A DNA stretch of 63,349 nucleotides, the filler included, from Thraustochytrium aureum (Eukaryota), in NCBI GenBank assembly GCA_012862495.1. It is 7 parts of 3 records of this genome, joined end to end, with 100 filler letters (N's around TTAATTAATTAA, not from the genome) between each part and the next. Parts side by side here need not be neighbours in the genome. Positions count along the whole stretch, not along the records: positions 36,868 to 47,963 come from BLSG01000255.1; positions 48,064 to 61,925 come from BLSG01000255.1; 5 more parts are not named here. One strand, 5' to 3'. Within the stretch, counting starts at the first letter, position 1. Each line of letters begins with the position of its first letter. Made by a program: the position numbers and the translations under genes. A model generated the notes under the pieces. The model ran no database searches and was not told the DNA's origin. It saw only the letters and a program-made list of their open reading frames with translations. This document shows, piece after piece, positions 47,319 through 56,935 of this stretch.

Positions 47319-48063
47319 GGCCGTCTCCGCCCGCCTTCCGAACAACGGTGTCAGCAGTCCGCCAGCAGGCTCATCTCCGCGACCGCTCGAGCCGTTCGCA
47401 GAGGGCTGGATCCCGCGCCCCACACAGGCCGCAGCGGCAGGTGGAACAAAAGCAGCAGCGGCCCACCGAGCGTACCGTAGAGCGCTCGAGGGTCGGCCAG
47501 CGAGCGGCGCCTGCTAGTTGCCTCGGCTGCTGCTGCTGCTGCTGCTGCTGCCGCTGCTGCTGCCGCGTGCGTTTTCCACGAGTTGTTTTTCGAAAGGGTC
47601 TTGGTTTTGGTTTTGAAGCCCAACCACCGCAGCAGCCAACCCTCACGCGCGCCTCGCCTCGATGTGGTCGCGCTCTCCAGAATCGCCAGGCCGAGGCTCG
47701 CTCGTCGAGCAGCAGCGCGAGCAAGCAGCCCATCTACCGGAATGGCGCTGGCGCACGGCGCGTTGGGTCGCTTGTCGACGCGGCGGTAGCAGCAAGTGCA
47801 GTACTCTAGCTAGAGTACGAGAGCAACGAGCCCGCGGCCAGTCGACCGGAACGGCGCTGGCGCCCGGAGAGGACGACGAAACGGATCACGGAGACGACCA
47901 CGATCTCAGGTATATCGACCCATCACTCGTGTCAATTGGGGGAAAAAGGAAGAAATGGGAAGGNNNNNNNNNNNNNNNNNNNNNNNNNNNNNNNNNNNNN
48001 NNNNNNNTTAATTAATTAANNNNNNNNNNNNNNNNNNNNNNNNNNNNNNNNNNNNNNNNNNNN

Positions 48064-48150
48064 TTGGCTGCTCGGCTGGCTGGCTGGCTGGCTGTCGGCT
48101 GCTCGGCTGGCTGCTCGGCTGGCTGGCTGGCTCGCTGGCTGGCTCGCTGG
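48064..48150. repeat. (GGCT)n-type degenerate microsatellite
   Basis: Read directly at the contig start. Confidence 0.85.
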
Positions 48151-49425
48151 GGACGGGCAGGATGGGTGTCTGTGAGAGCTCGTCCATTCGTGCCACCCAC
48201 GCACGCTGCTCCTCTTCCTTCCCCTTCCCGCCTCCCGAGCAGAGCCCCTCTCTCTGTCGTGCGTGCATGCAAGGCCACGCACGCCAGTGTGTTTTCGTTT
48301 CGTGGCGTTCGCGCGTGAGAGTGTGCGTGTGAACTGCAGCAGCGCTGATGAGCCGCCGTGGCGGAAGCCGCGGCTTTTGGTGGTTTTCTCGTCCAATTCA
48401 TCGCAAGTTGAGGCGCGAATCTGGTGGTCTTCTCGTGTGCGGGGGTCGGAATCTCTTGCCTTTTCGTCGCTTTTCCGCAGAATCCGTTCTTCAAGTTAGT
48501 CTTTCCTTTCTGCCTGCGGCTCTCTCGGTAGAGGAGAGGACTCCCGAGCAACGTGCGCCTCTGCGCTGTGCTGCTTCCGATGGACCGCGAACGCCACCAA
48601 GTGGCGTGACGTTTGTGCGCTGGCCGCCCCGCCGAGGCACGTCACCGAGGGGACCCTCAAGACGAGAGCGGGAGGGACGGTGAAGCTTCGTTTGATCGCT
48701 GTGGCCTCTGCGAATCGAAGGAGACTCCACTGTGGCCCTGAGGGCGCTGACTCTTGAAGCACGCTTGATGAAACATGTTCACAGCTCGGCAACATGCCAT
48801 TGGCAGGCTTCGGCGTGGTGTCGAGGAAGGAGGGACAAGAGCGCATCGAAGTTGAGGGTCGATGTGCCGAGCACGTGGACGCTGGCGCAGGCCACTTGCT
48901 CGCTGCAGGCGCAGTCCGCGCCCGTTTCGACCCGCCAGGCACTGCGCTATCTTGGCATGGAACTCGGAGTCCTCCTCGGGCTCGGCGACCTGCTTCGTTC
49001 TCGGTGGCGATGATCGCTGCTGTCGGCAACAAGGAGTATTCCCAGCGGCTCCGGAGTAGGTACTTGCCTGCTCGTGGGCTGCAAAAAGCATCACGGCCGC
49101 GCCCTGGGGGGCTCTCCAGTCTACTCATGGTCGGTGCGACGGCTCGCCCCGGAGCCACCACCTTCCCACCTGTCCTCGATCGACAACCGTGCATCGTTTT
49201 TCAGCGCCCTCCGTTCTCCGTTCATCAGGCCGCTGCAAGCAACGGCTCGTGGGCGCCGCGTGAGCTCCTCGATCGTCTGCAGCTCATGGTAGGGTAGTAC
49301 TCCCATCCTGAGCATCCTCTACTGTGCCTGATGATTGTGTCTGTGAGATTGCGGGACTTCATGGACGTGACACTGTTTCATCGGGCCACTGAACGTAACA
49401 ACTGAGACGCGTCAAGAAGGGAGGA

Positions 49426-49496
49426 CGATCGCCACCGCGCAGCGCCTCGCTGGAGGAGCGATCGCCACCGCGCAGCGCCTCGCTGGAGGAACGATC
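49426..49496 (+). repeat. 33-bp tandem duplication (CGATCGCCACCGCGCAGCGCCTCGCTGGAGGAR x2)
   Basis: Two adjacent near-identical copies. Confidence 0.9.
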
Positions 49497-50014
49497 TAGA
49501 TTGCACTGCAGCGCCAAGCCCTGAAAACGCGCCTCAACCGCCCAACTGGAAGGCACGACCCTCGCGCGGGCGTCGAGCCGCCAACCCTCGGTGAAGACAG
49601 CGAGTCCGAGGCGAGTGAGCAGAGTCGAGTACCTAACCTGCCCCGTGGCAACGAAGAGTAGAGTAACCCGGTAAGTAAGTAAGTACCCTACTCACCTACG
49701 CAACTCGCACGGGTCCGCGGGCGACACCTCGCGCGCTTCGTCCGTCCGCCCACTCGCTGCGCAGAGCGACGGCACAATCAATCGATCTGAACTGGTTTCT
49801 CCGACGCTGCTCCTCGTTGCAGAGCTCCAGGCTTCGAAAGGCAGCTGGCGCGACGCACGAGGGCCAGGCGCACGAGGGCGAGACGCGACGGAGGGAGCGA
49901 GGGCAGCAGGCCCTCAGGAAAGCACGTCGAGGCCCCGCCTGGCTGTCGGACGAGTGCGCCCGCCGCCCGTTGTTTTGGTTTTTCTTCGGGCCCAACACCC
50001 GCACGCAGACGAAA

Positions 50015-51397
50015 ATGAACATGAAAGGCCAGGTCAAGCGGAGCCTCAAGGTGCTCCGCCGCTCGGACAGGGAGGGCGTTATCCCGCACGAGGTCCTCAG
50101 CTTTGCCCAAGGCATTGTGTTCATGACGCAGGTCAAAGGCGCATACCTGCTCAGCGGCACAATCGGGAGCGGTATCTTTCTCAAGCGGCTTGGCCCGAAC
50201 GAGTGGAGCCCACCCGCCTCGATCGGGATGGCAAGCTTTGGCGCCGGCTTCCAAATCGGCGCGCAAAAGACTGATGTCGTCATCGTCCTCAACGACAAGA
50301 GCGCCGTCAAGGCCTTTGAAGCGCATGGACAGCTGAAACTCGGCGGCGACTATGCCATCTCGGCGGGCCCCATCGGGCGCACCGCCAAAGCCGAGCTGGC
50401 CCTCTCTGGCAAGGGGTTTAGCGGATGCTTTTCGTACAGCATGAGCCAAGGCCTTTTCATCGGCGTTTCTCTGGAGGGCACGGTACTTGTGACGCGCTCG
50501 AGCGACAATCGCTCGTTCTACAAGAACAAGAGCGCCCACCTCTCGTCAATCCTGGCAGGCCAAATCCCTGTCCCCACAGAGGCAGACAAGCGCAAAAACG
50601 TTGCTATGCTGCACTGCGTGCTGTCCAACCTTTGCACGGGCGGCGTGTTTGAGCAAGGGCTCGACCAGATCGACTCGCAGCTCAACCTCGCCGAGCTGGA
50701 CACGCTCGATACAGAAGGCCCTAAACCGGAGGGAATAAACACGCGCGACGCGGACGACCTTGTGAAGAAGAAGAGGCTCGAAAAGGAGGCGTCGTCCGGA
50801 CCGATCGCGACGAGCGGATCGAGCAACGCCTCCGGATCGCAGCAGTTTGCCCCAACGGTGCCAAGTGGGGCTGCCGACCAGGCTGGCCAGGCCGCAATCG
50901 CCGAGGGTGGCAAGAATCTTCTCGTTGGCGCACTGGATGGGGCAGGGGCCGCCAGCGGCTGGGGAGGTCCGACCGAGGACATTCTCGGGCTCGCAGACTA
51001 TACCGCGACTCCGGCGCCGGCGCCGCCAGTCGAGGCTACCGTGCTCTACGGCGCCCCGGCTACAGCGACGGCGACGGCGACCGCAACAGCCATGCCTGCA
51101 GCCTCGGGCGGTCTCCACATTGCAGCGGCGACAGCGGGCCTTGGGCAAGTCCCCCTCTCTTATGGGTCGCCTCGCGTCGTGGCGTCGCGCGATCACCTGG
51201 TGGCCGAGGACTCGCCCGAGATGCTCGCGCACAACATCATAAGCCTCAACAGGGGCGACCCCTGCTTCCTCGTCGACGGCACGCTCGAGTTTGGCCTCCC
51301 GCCGCCATACGCGGACTATGTCACGGTGCAGCGACTTGCGGACGGCAGGACCGGCAAGATCAGCAAGTACTGCCTCACGCCCGCAAGCGGGCCATGA
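50015..51397 (+). CDS. SYLF (Ysc84/SH3YL1-like) lipid/actin-binding protein with a divergent C-terminal SH3-like domain
   Basis: IPHEVLSFAQGIVF..GSGIFLKRL..WSPPASIG..GFQIGAQKTDVVIVLN..LGGDYAISAGPIGR..SYSMSQGLFIGVSLEG..DNRSFY. C-terminal VVASRDH..ISLNRGD..GRTGKISKYCL. Confidence 0.9.
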   Translation: MNMKGQVKRSLKVLRRSDREGVIPHEVLSFAQGIVFMTQVKGAYLLSGTIGSGIFLKRLGPNEWSPPASIGMASFGAGFQIGAQKTDVVIVLNDKSAVKAFEAHGQLKLGGDYAISAGPIGRTAKAELALSGKGFSGCFSYSMSQGLFIGVSLEGTVLVTRSSDNRSFYKNKSAHLSSILAGQIPVPTEADKRKNVAMLHCVLSNLCTGGVFEQGLDQIDSQLNLAELDTLDTEGPKPEGINTRDADDLVKKKRLEKEASSGPIATSGSSNASGSQQFAPTVPSGAADQAGQAAIAEGGKNLLVGALDGAGAASGWGGPTEDILGLADYTATPAPAPPVEATVLYGAPATATATATATAMPAASGGLHIAAATAGLGQVPLSYGSPRVVASRDHLVAEDSPEMLAHNIISLNRGDPCFLVDGTLEFGLPPPYADYVTVQRLADGRTGKISKYCLTPASGP

Positions 51398-52036
51398 CGC
51401 GGGCAATGCACGCGCTTGGCTTCGCCGCTGCGGGCCGCGCTGCACGCCGCGAGCCAACTTTGAATAGGTGAAGAAACAAGCGAAAACTGCAAGCGGCGGA
51501 TGGAAGAGGTGGACGGGCGCTGGAGGGCGCGAGGATCGAACCACGGCTGCCCCTCGCTCTTCCAAAAACCGCGAGCTGGACTGCGCTCTGCCGTGGCGGC
51601 GAGCGCCCGCACAAAGCCCCAACCGCGAACACACGACGACAGCCAACCACAACATGACAACATGTACTGGCCCTGGAGCCAGGTCTCTGTGTTTTTTTGT
51701 TCTGGTTTTTCCTTCGACAGCTTTGAAAGTTGCAGACTACGAACGCGAGCGAGAGGCGCTCGCGCGCAGACCCTACTTGCGCAGGGCACCGGCGGTAAGC
51801 GGCCCCTTGGTCGCATTGGGCAGAGCAGTGGCCGTGGCTCCTCGCGCACTGCCGACGGCGCCGTGGCCGCGCTCGGTTNNNNNNNNNNNNNNNNNNNNNN
51901 NNNNNNNNNNNNNNNNNNNNNNNNNNNNNNNNNNNNNNNNNNNNNNNNNNNNNNNNNNNNNNNNNNNNNNNNNNNNNNNNNNNNNNNNNNNNNNNNNNNN
52001 NNNNNNNNNNNNNNNNNNNNNNNNNNNNNNNNNNNN

Positions 52037-53322
52037 GCTGCCTGCAGCATGTGCGGGTTTGAGGTGGTGAAGAGCGAACCTTGGTTTCGCTGCAACGAGT
52101 GCCGCAGCCAGGACGACGCGTCGTCGCTTGTCCTCTGCAAGGTGTGCTTTGAGCGCGGCGTTGAGCGCGGGCCCCACAAGCGCAACCATTCGTACATGGT
52201 GATGGACTGCCCCGACGCCGTGCTCGGCGACTCGGCCGGGTGGACCATCAGGGAGGAGTTTCGGCTCCTTGAGGCGGTGGACCGCTTTGGGCTCGGCAAC
52301 TGGACCGCCGTCGCCGAGCACGTGCACAGCTCAGGGAAGGAGGCGCAACAATGCGAGGCCCACTACCAGGAGCAGTTTGTGCTGAACCCAGCGCTGGGGC
52401 TGGTGACTCGCGCGCAGATTGCGCACGTCGAGGAGCTGCGAGCCGCGCAGGTCGCCGTGGACGCCGAGCTTCGCGAACAAGCCAGCCGTCTCACAAGCAT
52501 GCCCGGCGCGGACATTGCGGGCTACATGCCCTTGCGGGATTGCTACGACGTGGAGTTTCTCAACGACGCCGAAAAGATGCTGGCCAACCTAGAGTTCCCT
52601 CCGAAGGAGGTCGCGATAGCCCTCGGCAAGCGAGCCCAAGTCGGCCCCACCGACGCGGCGCCGGACGCGTCTGCCCGCGAGGATATCAAACTGAAACTCG
52701 ACGTGCTCAAGGCCTACAACCGCAAACTGGACGAGCGCGACCGCCGGAAAGCTTTCGTCCGCGAGCGCGGCCTGCTCGCTTGGCGACAGCGCCAGCGCGC
52801 TTGGAAGCGCGCCAGCCGTGAGGAGCGCGTTGTGCGCAAGACTCTGCGCCCGCTTGAGCGTTTCAGCTCCATGCAACAGCACGAGGAGCTCGTTTTCGGT
52901 TGGCGCGCGAGATGCAGCTCCGTGAGCAGATACGCTCGCTGCGCGGCATGCGCGACGCCGCCGGTGTACTGCAGCACAGCGTGCCGGTCTCGACAGCCGG
53001 CGCGGCCACGGGGTTGGTGCAAGAGCCTGTCGCAAAGCGGCACCGCCAAGCGTTGCAGGCGGCCGACCCGAGCGACCGGCGTTCTGTTGAGGAGGAGGAG
53101 GAGGAGGCTGCGCTTGCGCAAGAACGGGAACGCTCGCTCTGCTCCATGCTTGACTTGCGGCCAGACCAGTACGCCGAGCTAAAGCAAACGGTGGTCGACG
53201 AGTGCGTGTCGCGTGGCATTCTTGCTCGCTCCGTCGGCGAGGCCGGCGGCGCGCGGTCACTCAAGGTCGAGGTCAACAAGACGGGCCGGATGTACGACGT
53301 CTACGTCTCTAGCTTCCCATAG
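52037..53322 (+). CDS. ADA2: Transcriptional adaptor ADA2 (ZZ finger, SANT, SWIRM-like); 5' end upstream or in gap; frameshift near 52900
   Basis: CSMC..FRCNEC..LCKVCFERG..HKRNHSY; WTIREEFRLLEAVDRFGLGNWTAVAEHV; GYMPLRDCYDVEFLNDAE; LKLDVLKAYNRKLDERDRRK; ERSLCSMLDLRPDQYAELK..KVEVNKTGRMYD. Confidence 0.92.
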
Positions 53323-53419
53323 CGCCTTGTAGAATCAACCAATCAATCAATCAATCATTCATTCATGCAATGGCCGCGTCCTTTCCTCATAGTTGTCCTG
53401 CTGGAGCGCAAGCGCGGCA

Positions 53420-53677
53420 CACAGCCAGCCAGCCAGCCAGCGTCTCAGCCAGCCAGCCGGGCGTCTCAGCCAGCCAGCCGGGCGTCTGAACGGCCGCGGC
53501 TGGTCGCCGTCATACGTCGGCCAAAGTGAGTGTCTGGCGGCGGCGCAAATGAGGAAAACAGCGACAGACCACCGACACAGCTTCTTTCGGACGCGCACGC
53601 AGCCCTCCAGACGACAGCACGCACGCACGCAGGCACGCAGGCAAGCAGACAGGCAGGCAGGCAGGCAGGCAGGCAGG
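53420..53677. repeat. Microsatellite cluster upstream of the ATPase gene: (AGCC)n with a 21-bp unit CAGCCAGCCAGCCGGGCGTCT, and (GCAC/GCAG)n
   Basis: Read directly at ~53420-53488 and ~53616-53677. Confidence 0.8.
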
Positions 53678-53771
53678 AACGGATTGGCTGGGAGAGCCCG
53701 TCGGCAAGGCGGAGGGAGACGCAGGCGCGCGCGGGCGGGCCGGCGACAGCGAGACAACGGCTGGAGGCGCA

Positions 53772-55451
53772 ATGGACGCGCACGCGACGCAAGAGGAAGG
53801 CACGCCCGGGTTTGCGCCCGGGTCGGGCGAGGGCGTGGATGATGCCCCAATGGTGGCAGGGACGAGCAAGATGCTGGCGAAGCTCGGGCTGACACACAAC
53901 CCGTATGTGGACAGGACTGCGGAGAAGTCGCTGCTGCGCACGGGCGCGTTCTACCTGCACAGCGACCTGCAAGGGTTCAGGCCCTCGGAGACGACCTACA
54001 TCTTCTTCGGCAAGCGCGGGTCGGGCAAGACCACGATCCGGCTGATGATGATGTCAAAGTACCGCGAGTTCAACGAGCGGCTCGTCGCCCAAGGCAAGGG
54101 TCCAGTGTTCGTGGTAGACCTGTGCCGGCCCGGCCACATGGACGAGTGCCTCAAGCAGTTTATGCGGAAAATCGGGGCGGAGCGCGACAACTGGGACGCC
54201 CAGTTCTCCGAGGCCTGGTCGAGCAACGACCTGGCTGATTGCGTTCTCTCGTTCGCTGTGAACGACATGATGCGCCGCGTCGTGAGCAACAGCCGCGAGG
54301 GCAAGATGATCGTCGAGTCGCTGTCCAACAACCCGCGCGCCGCGACGCAGTTCTTGTTGCTGGCGCACCTGTATACGCGCGAGGACTCCGCGACGCTCAA
54401 CGCGCTGCGGGCCAAGCTCCTTCCAATCGCGTTTTCCTCCTGGCGGGCGTTCAAGATGGTCCTCGGAGTAGGGGCCTTGGTTGGCGCGCTTGGCGTCGTC
54501 GCAGCCTCTGTTGGTTCGCTGTCCGGCTCGGAGGGCAGCGAAAGCGGCGGGGCGGCGCCAAGCGGCTCTGCGAGCGGCGGCAGCGACCTCTCCGCGCTGG
54601 TGAGCGGCGCCGTCGCGGCCGTGGCGCGCAGCTTGCCCAAGCTGACGCAAAAGCAGATGACCTACTCGGCGCTCGGCACCGCAGGCGTGCTTGCTGGACT
54701 CGGCATGCAGCGCCGCACCCGCGCGATCGAGCAGGCACGCGCGCGAGTGTTGTGCACCCCTGTGCGCGTCGCGGACGCGCGGCCTGACCTGATTGAGGGC
54801 TTGCTTCACAGTCTCTTTTCGAGTGACGACACGGCGGACCGGATTCGAGGGCTGCACATCGGCCACTCGGCGCAGCAAAAGCTCGAGCTTATCGAGAGCC
54901 TCGCCCGCGCCTGCGGGTACCAAGGGCTCGCCGTGTTTGGGGACTGCTTTGACGAGGTGGGCCTGCTTGACCCGCTCATGTACCCCGGTGCGCTCAAGGT
55001 CTTTGCGCGCGAAGTGTGCAAGAACGAGGTTCTCAACCAAGGGCGCATGCACTTTTTCTTCCCAGACGCTCGCGCCTCGCTTGACCTGTCGACAGACCGC
55101 ATCGTGCGGGAGGCGCGCTTCGACCGACACTTTGTGCGCGACCTGAGCTGGAGCAGGTTTCAGCTCGAGGACCTTGCGGAGCGTCGCTTCAACGCGGCGC
55201 AGGAGGAGGCAAGCCGTGCGGCGGCGGGCAACAACAAGGTCAACAAGGCGGCCAAGTTCCAGGACCTGTTCACGCACGTTTCGAAGGAGGACTTTTCTGG
55301 GGCGATCTCCAAGCTCGCCACGCCGCGCGAGCTCATGGTCTTTATGACCGAACTCCTTGCGCGTGTCGAGGCGCACTCGGAGGACGGCGGCATGGTCGCG
55401 GCGCAGGATATGGAGATCGCGGTCTCCAAGGCTCTGGAGCAGTCCGTCTGA
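53772..55451 (+). CDS. P-loop NTPase with two hydrophobic helices between Walker A and Walker B (559 aa, intronless)
   Basis: N-terminal LGLTHNPY..AE; Walker A FFGKRGSGKTT (~54009-54032); TM-like VLGVGALVGALGVVAASV and YSALGTAGVLAGLGM; Walker B LAVFGDCFDE; C-terminal TPRELMVF. Confidence 0.85.
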   Translation: MDAHATQEEGTPGFAPGSGEGVDDAPMVAGTSKMLAKLGLTHNPYVDRTAEKSLLRTGAFYLHSDLQGFRPSETTYIFFGKRGSGKTTIRLMMMSKYREFNERLVAQGKGPVFVVDLCRPGHMDECLKQFMRKIGAERDNWDAQFSEAWSSNDLADCVLSFAVNDMMRRVVSNSREGKMIVESLSNNPRAATQFLLLAHLYTREDSATLNALRAKLLPIAFSSWRAFKMVLGVGALVGALGVVAASVGSLSGSEGSESGGAAPSGSASGGSDLSALVSGAVAAVARSLPKLTQKQMTYSALGTAGVLAGLGMQRRTRAIEQARARVLCTPVRVADARPDLIEGLLHSLFSSDDTADRIRGLHIGHSAQQKLELIESLARACGYQGLAVFGDCFDEVGLLDPLMYPGALKVFAREVCKNEVLNQGRMHFFFPDARASLDLSTDRIVREARFDRHFVRDLSWSRFQLEDLAERRFNAAQEEASRAAAGNNKVNKAAKFQDLFTHVSKEDFSGAISKLATPRELMVFMTELLARVEAHSEDGGMVAAQDMEIAVSKALEQSV

Positions 55452-56009
55452 TGCCTGCTTTGATTGATTCAAGTTGAACGAACGAGTTGGCTACGGCGTG
55501 CGGACTCTGCTGGGCGGGCGTCCCAGCGCGACCGGTCCAAAAGATAGCATGCCGCTCACCCGCGCCACTTGTGGTGGCCAGGTTTCAGTGTCGCTTGTTT
55601 TGCGCCTCGCCTGGTGAAAGTAGAACCTCAACACCGAAGCTAAGTTTAGTTGGTGCAAATGTTACCGAAACGCGCCAGTCAGGTATGTGGCGGCCTCTCG
55701 TTGCGGTGGCTGACGTGATCCGTCGTCGCTGCATGCATCCTCGAGCGCGCACACTGCTAGAGTCCAGCCCTCCATCGCGCTTGGGCCAGCCTGCCACCGA
55801 GGAGGGTCCGACTTGCTGCCACAATGGTACTCACTCCATACTTAGAGTACTTGGGCGAACAAGGTAGGGCGTAGACGCCGAGTACTTCCGCGACGCGAGC
55901 TTGCACACCTGTAAAAACCGGCCCATTTGCTGCCATACCGGCAGGCTCGCTTTCATCAGGCTCCAGGTGACCCTGCAAAACCTGAACGAGGCGAAACCGG
56001 CAAGCCAAG

Positions 56010-56726
56010 ATGCTGGTCAATGTGTTTGGACGGCGGCGGAGGCCAAGGCCGCAGTCGCAGGAAAAGGGGGTCGATGGCGTTGGGCTGGACCACGACAACC
56101 TGTTCGAACCGTTCTTCTTCTCAATCCCGGTCGACATGGCCGAGGTCATGCGCAAGCCGCGCATTCGCAACCAGTTTCGCGAGTTTCTGCGCAAGAGGCT
56201 CGCACACGAGAACTTGCTGTTCTTTGAGACGATCGAGCTGTTCCAGCGCATCGACACCAACGAATGGCGGCAGGCCGCTGGCCGCCAGATGGTGCAGCGG
56301 TTCGTGGCCACGGACGCGACCTTTCAGGTCAACCTCTCCCATGCGGCGCGTCAGCGCATCTTGGACACGACCACATTCCAGCCGGGAACCTTCAACGCCG
56401 CGCAGCGCGAGGTGTACAACCTGATGGGCGACAACTTCTTCGACCGGTTCGTCGCGGAGCTCGTAGAGGAGGCAAACCGCAAGGAGCGCGAGGAGGAGGC
56501 GGAGCGGGAGCGGGTCAAGTCGCGGCGTCGCGGGTCGCCCGCCGCAAACCCGGAAGGCGAGGTCAACGAGGAAAGCAAGCCCAGCGCAGAAGGCCGGGTC
56601 GGGAGACGCCCACCGGGGCGGACGAGTGCCCTGCGGCGCGCTTCGTCCACGCTGAGCCTGAGCCCCAGGTCGCTCTTGCAGCGCGTCTCTTTTCGGGGGC
56701 GCGAGGCAAGCCTGGCCGACGACTGA
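56010..56726 (+). CDS. Stand-alone RGS (regulator of G-protein signalling) domain protein
   Basis: FREFLRKRLAHENLLFFETIELF..MVQRFVATDATFQVNLS..FNAAQREVYNLMGDNFFDRFV. Confidence 0.9.
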   Translation: MLVNVFGRRRRPRPQSQEKGVDGVGLDHDNLFEPFFFSIPVDMAEVMRKPRIRNQFREFLRKRLAHENLLFFETIELFQRIDTNEWRQAAGRQMVQRFVATDATFQVNLSHAARQRILDTTTFQPGTFNAAQREVYNLMGDNFFDRFVAELVEEANRKEREEEAERERVKSRRRGSPAANPEGEVNEESKPSAEGRVGRRPPGRTSALRRASSTLSLSPRSLLQRVSFRGREASLADD

Positions 56727-56935
56727 GCGTCACTCGCGGCAGGCTGGCGCGGCGTTGGACGCTCTGCGCCGGCCGGCCCTGGGCTTTCCTGATAGTTGAT
56801 GCGGGGAGAAAAGGGATGTTGTTGGATTGTTTGCTTCCTTGATGCTTGAGCTCTCTCCAGCTCCAGCTCCAGTTCCCGCTCTAGAGCTGCAACGCCGCCG
56901 GAGGCAGAGGAAGAGAGACCAGCCGCGGGCGGTGC

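Noticed and set aside
10140..52900. Frameshifts in many genes (near 10140, 14770, 15820, 18515, 22900, 33852, 38860, 41258, 42868, 52900) as programmed frameshifting or mass pseudogenisation
   Set aside because: Most fall in short homopolymer runs, go in both directions and hit conserved genes (VPS35, ABCF3, ADA2, MMSDH) with otherwise intact sequence. This is typical of homopolymer sequencing error; read re-mapping would settle it.
31231..55472. Long antisense or alternate-frame ORFs (e.g. 31231-32664, 43125-44213, 54054-55472) as overlapping genes
   Set aside because: Shadow ORFs expected opposite GC-rich coding sequence; no motifs, and the sense-strand genes are clearly identified.
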